DNA from: a phage
Sequence record: OR846194.1
Strand: one strand, 5' to 3'
Length of the DNA: 1,209 bases
Position numbers and translations under genes: made by a program. Of this stretch, positions 1-1,209 are shown piece after piece (position 1 is the first letter of the stretch; each line of letters opens with the position of its first letter). Under the pieces are notes generated by a model. That model saw only the letters and a program-made list of their open reading frames with translations, ran no database searches and had not been told where the DNA came from.

Positions 1-39
1 CCGGTAAGGGTAGCCGCCGGTAACGCCAACTCTGTACGT

Positions 40-81
40 CTCACCACCTCTATGATTGGCGTCTTATGTGGTGAGTTTTTT
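40..81 (+). terminator. Inverted repeat CTCACCAC (40-47) / GTGGTGAG (68-75) followed by TTTTTT (76-81): candidate intrinsic terminator or attenuator, alternatively a dyad operator
   Basis: The 8-bp arms are perfectly complementary with a 20-nt spacer, which can partly pair internally (52-55 with 64-67, including one G-U pair). A six-T run follows immediately. The loop is large for a canonical terminator, so confidence is low. Confidence 0.3.
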
Positions 82-93
82 AAGCTTGCTACC

Positions 94-97
94 GAGG
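94..97 (+). promoter_or_regulatory. Shine-Dalgarno (GAGG) for rha start at 106
   Basis: GAGG sits 8 nt upstream of ATG 106. Confidence 0.5.
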
Positions 98-105
98 CTG
101 CCATT

Positions 106-651
106 ATGGCTACGATCCCAACCTTTGTTCACCCTGAAATCACGATCATCAATGGTCGTGCTGTCACTACATCTCTTGCAGTTGCTAACTACTTTACTAA
201 ACGGCATGAGCGGGTTTTAGATAGAATTCGAAACCTTGAATGCTCCGCTGAATTTGCTGAACACAATTTTGTGTTAAGTGGTTATACCGACGCTTCAGGC
301 CGCAAACTACCTTGCTATCAAATAACCCGCGACGGTTTTGCGTTTCTTGCTATGGGTTTCACGGGTAAACGTGCTGCCCAGTTCAAAGAGGCATACATCA
401 ATGCCTTTAACCAGATGGAGAAACAGCTTTCAAAGCCCGCTGTACCGAGCGACGTTGCACATAACGCCAGCGTTCTCTATTCCTACATTTCATCAATTCA
501 TCAGGTCTGGTTGCAGCAGCTTTATCCCATGCTGGAAAAAGCTGAATCACCGCTGGCTGTAAGTCTGTATGACCGAATTAACGATGCGGCATTTCTTGCC
601 CGTCTTATTCATTCGTCGCTGAACTCTTCAGAGGTAAGGGGGCGCAAATGA
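106..651 (+). CDS. rha: Phage regulatory protein, Rha family (N-terminal Rha domain with a divergent C-terminal region). Start at ATG 106 preferred; the in-frame ATG at 52 (the ORF-track start) is an alternative.
   Basis: Long ORF ending at TGA 649-651. The translation carries the motif I recall as characteristic of the Rha domain: ...NGRAVTTSLAVANYFTKRHERVLDRIRNL...YQITRDGFAFLAMGFTGKRAAQFKEAYINAFNQME. ATG 106 has a GAGG Shine-Dalgarno at 94-97 (8-nt spacer); ATG 52 has no recognisable SD and would place the 40-81 hairpin/T-tract inside the coding region. Family assignment is from memory, not a search. Confidence 0.8.
   Translation: MATIPTFVHPEITIINGRAVTTSLAVANYFTKRHERVLDRIRNLECSAEFAEHNFVLSGYTDASGRKLPCYQITRDGFAFLAMGFTGKRAAQFKEAYINAFNQMEKQLSKPAVPSDVAHNASVLYSYISSIHQVWLQQLYPMLEKAESPLAVSLYDRINDAAFLARLIHSSLNSSEVRGRK
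636..642 (+). promoter_or_regulatory. Shine-Dalgarno (AAGGGGG) for the small ORF starting at 648
   Basis: Purine-rich AAGGGGG sits 5 nt upstream of ATG 648, inside the 3' end of rha. Confidence 0.6.
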
Positions 652-872
652 TCCGGAATATTTTCAAACGATTTACCAATCAGACTTTCCGTTGTCCTCT
701 CCCCGGTCAGTGGTACACCACGCCAGCAGGGCATGTTCTACGTGTTAGCCTGGTTGACCGTGAATGTCAGAAGGTGATTTGTGAACCGCTGGGCCGTAAT
801 TACCGCGTCAGTATGCCGCTTATAGCCTTTCGCTCCGGAAAAAACATGAAGCATCTCGGAGGTGCTGCATGA
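648..872 (+). CDS. Small hypothetical phage protein (74 aa), function unknown; translationally coupled to rha
   Basis: ATG 648-650 overlaps the rha stop TGA 649-651 (ATGA). Strong Shine-Dalgarno AAGGGGG at 636-642 with a 5-nt spacer. The ORF ends at TGA 870-872, which overlaps the start of the next gene. Protein MIRNIFKRFTNQTFRCPLPGQWYTTPAGHVLRVSLVDRECQKVICEPLGRNYRVSMPLIAFRSGKNMKHLGGAA has 3 Cys and 2 His; I recognise no confident family. Confidence 0.65.
   Translation: MIRNIFKRFTNQTFRCPLPGQWYTTPAGHVLRVSLVDRECQKVICEPLGRNYRVSMPLIAFRSGKNMKHLGGAA
858..862 (+). promoter_or_regulatory. Shine-Dalgarno (GGAGG) for the replication-protein gene starting at 869
   Basis: GGAGG sits 6 nt upstream of ATG 869, inside the 3' end of the small ORF. 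Confidence 0.65.
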
Positions 873-1209
873 GTATGGAGCTGATGGTTAAAGCGATGAA
901 AATTCGAGTGGGAAATCCATTGCGAAAACTGGTTCTGATTAAGCTGGCTGATAATGCCAGCGATCAGGGCGAGTGCTGGCCCAGCTATCAGCATATCGCT
1001 GATCAGTGCGAGATTAGCAAACGTTCTGTGATGAATCATATTGCGGCCCTCTGTGAGTCCGGGCTGGTAAAAAAAGTCACCCGGAAAGGTGAAAAAGGTA
1101 ACTCAAGTAATATCTATCTCCTTCATCTTGATGGTGCAGGAGATTCACTAGGGGGTAGTGCAAATAATTCACTATCTGGTGCAGCAAATTCACCAGGTAG
1201 TGCAGGAGT
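869..1209 (+). CDS. Replication-initiator-like protein with an N-terminal winged-helix/HTH DNA-binding domain (phage O-like replisome organiser); 3'-truncated by the window end
   Basis: ATG 869-871 overlaps the upstream stop TGA 870-872. Canonical SD GGAGG at 858-862 with a 6-nt spacer. Open frame runs to the window end. Translation MSMELMVKAMKIRVGNPLRKLVLIKLADNASDQGECWPSYQHIADQCEISKRSVMNHIAALCESGLVKKVTRKGEKGNSSNIYLLHLDGAGDSLGGSANNSLSGAANSPGSAG matches the pattern I recall for HTH_36-type N-terminal domains of phage/plasmid replication proteins (LxKLADxA...GxCxPSxxxIAxxCxxSxRSVxxxIxxLxExGLV...NxY), followed by a Gly/Ser/Ala/Asn-rich linker. From memory, not a search. Confidence 0.7.
   Translation, partial: MSMELMVKAMKIRVGNPLRKLVLIKLADNASDQGECWPSYQHIADQCEISKRSVMNHIAALCESGLVKKVTRKGEKGNSSNIYLLHLDGAGDSLGGSANNSLSGAANSPGSAG
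1133..1209 (+). repeat. Imperfect tandem direct repeats (units about 18-24 bp, consensus roughly GGT(AGT)GCARSA(AAT)RATTCACYA) inside the replication gene; iteron-like; truncated by the window end
   Basis: Unit starts at 1133 (GGTGCAGGAGATTCACTAGGG), 1154 (GGTAGTGCAAATAATTCACTATCT), 1178 (GGTGCAGCAAATTCACCA) and 1196 (GGTAGTGCAGGAGT...). The core RATTCACYA recurs at 1142-1150, 1166-1174 and 1187-1195. Unit lengths differ by multiples of 3, so the reading frame is preserved. Confidence 0.5.

Noticed and set aside
1-23. Direct repeat CCGGTAA at 1-7 and 17-23
   Set aside because: Only 7 bp, at the window edge and probably within the 3' end of an upstream gene. Consistent with chance; not enough context to interpret.
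56-86. Possible sigma70 promoter (TTGGCG ... TAAGCT) upstream of rha
   Set aside because: Poor -10 match (3 of 6), a 19-bp spacer, and overlap with the hairpin and T-tract. Cannot be supported from sequence alone; the operon may be transcribed from a promoter upstream of the window.
489-503. Short tandem TTCATCA(A)TTCATCA
   Set aside because: Two copies of a 7-8 bp unit inside the rha coding sequence (encoding ...ISSIHQ...). Too short and explained by coding.
522-530. DnaA-box-like TTATCCCAT
   Set aside because: Only 6 of 9 matches to the TTATCCACA consensus, a single copy, inside the rha coding sequence. Not credible as an origin element.
338-562. 74-aa ORF on the + strand in an alternative frame
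   Set aside because: It lies entirely within the rha coding region in a different frame, has no SD, and its translation is compositionally odd (W/R/S/P-rich). Most likely a chance frame-shadow ORF.
800-1039. 79-aa ORF on the - strand
   Set aside because: It is antisense to the 3' end of the small ORF and the conserved HTH domain of the replication gene. The two + strand genes have strong SDs and recognisable coupling or motifs, so this is most likely a shadow ORF.

Overview
This 1.2 kb window (about 50% GC, enterobacterial-like) reads as part of the early/replication region of a lambdoid-type prophage or phage. Three same-strand genes are packed head-to-tail with ATGA stop/start overlaps, each with its own Shine-Dalgarno: (1) a Rha-family phage regulatory protein (106..651, alternative start 52); (2) a 74-aa protein of unknown function (648..872); (3) the 5' part of a winged-helix/HTH replication-initiator-like protein (869..>1209), running off the window end. 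Two non-coding-type signals stand out: an 8-bp inverted repeat followed by a T6 tract upstream of rha (40..81), and iteron-like imperfect tandem repeats of 18-24 bp inside the 3' end of the replication gene (1133..1209), which may be an origin embedded in the initiator gene, as in lambda O. I see no clear evidence of a novel defence system; the most open question is the small middle ORF. All family assignments are from recalled motifs, not from a database search.
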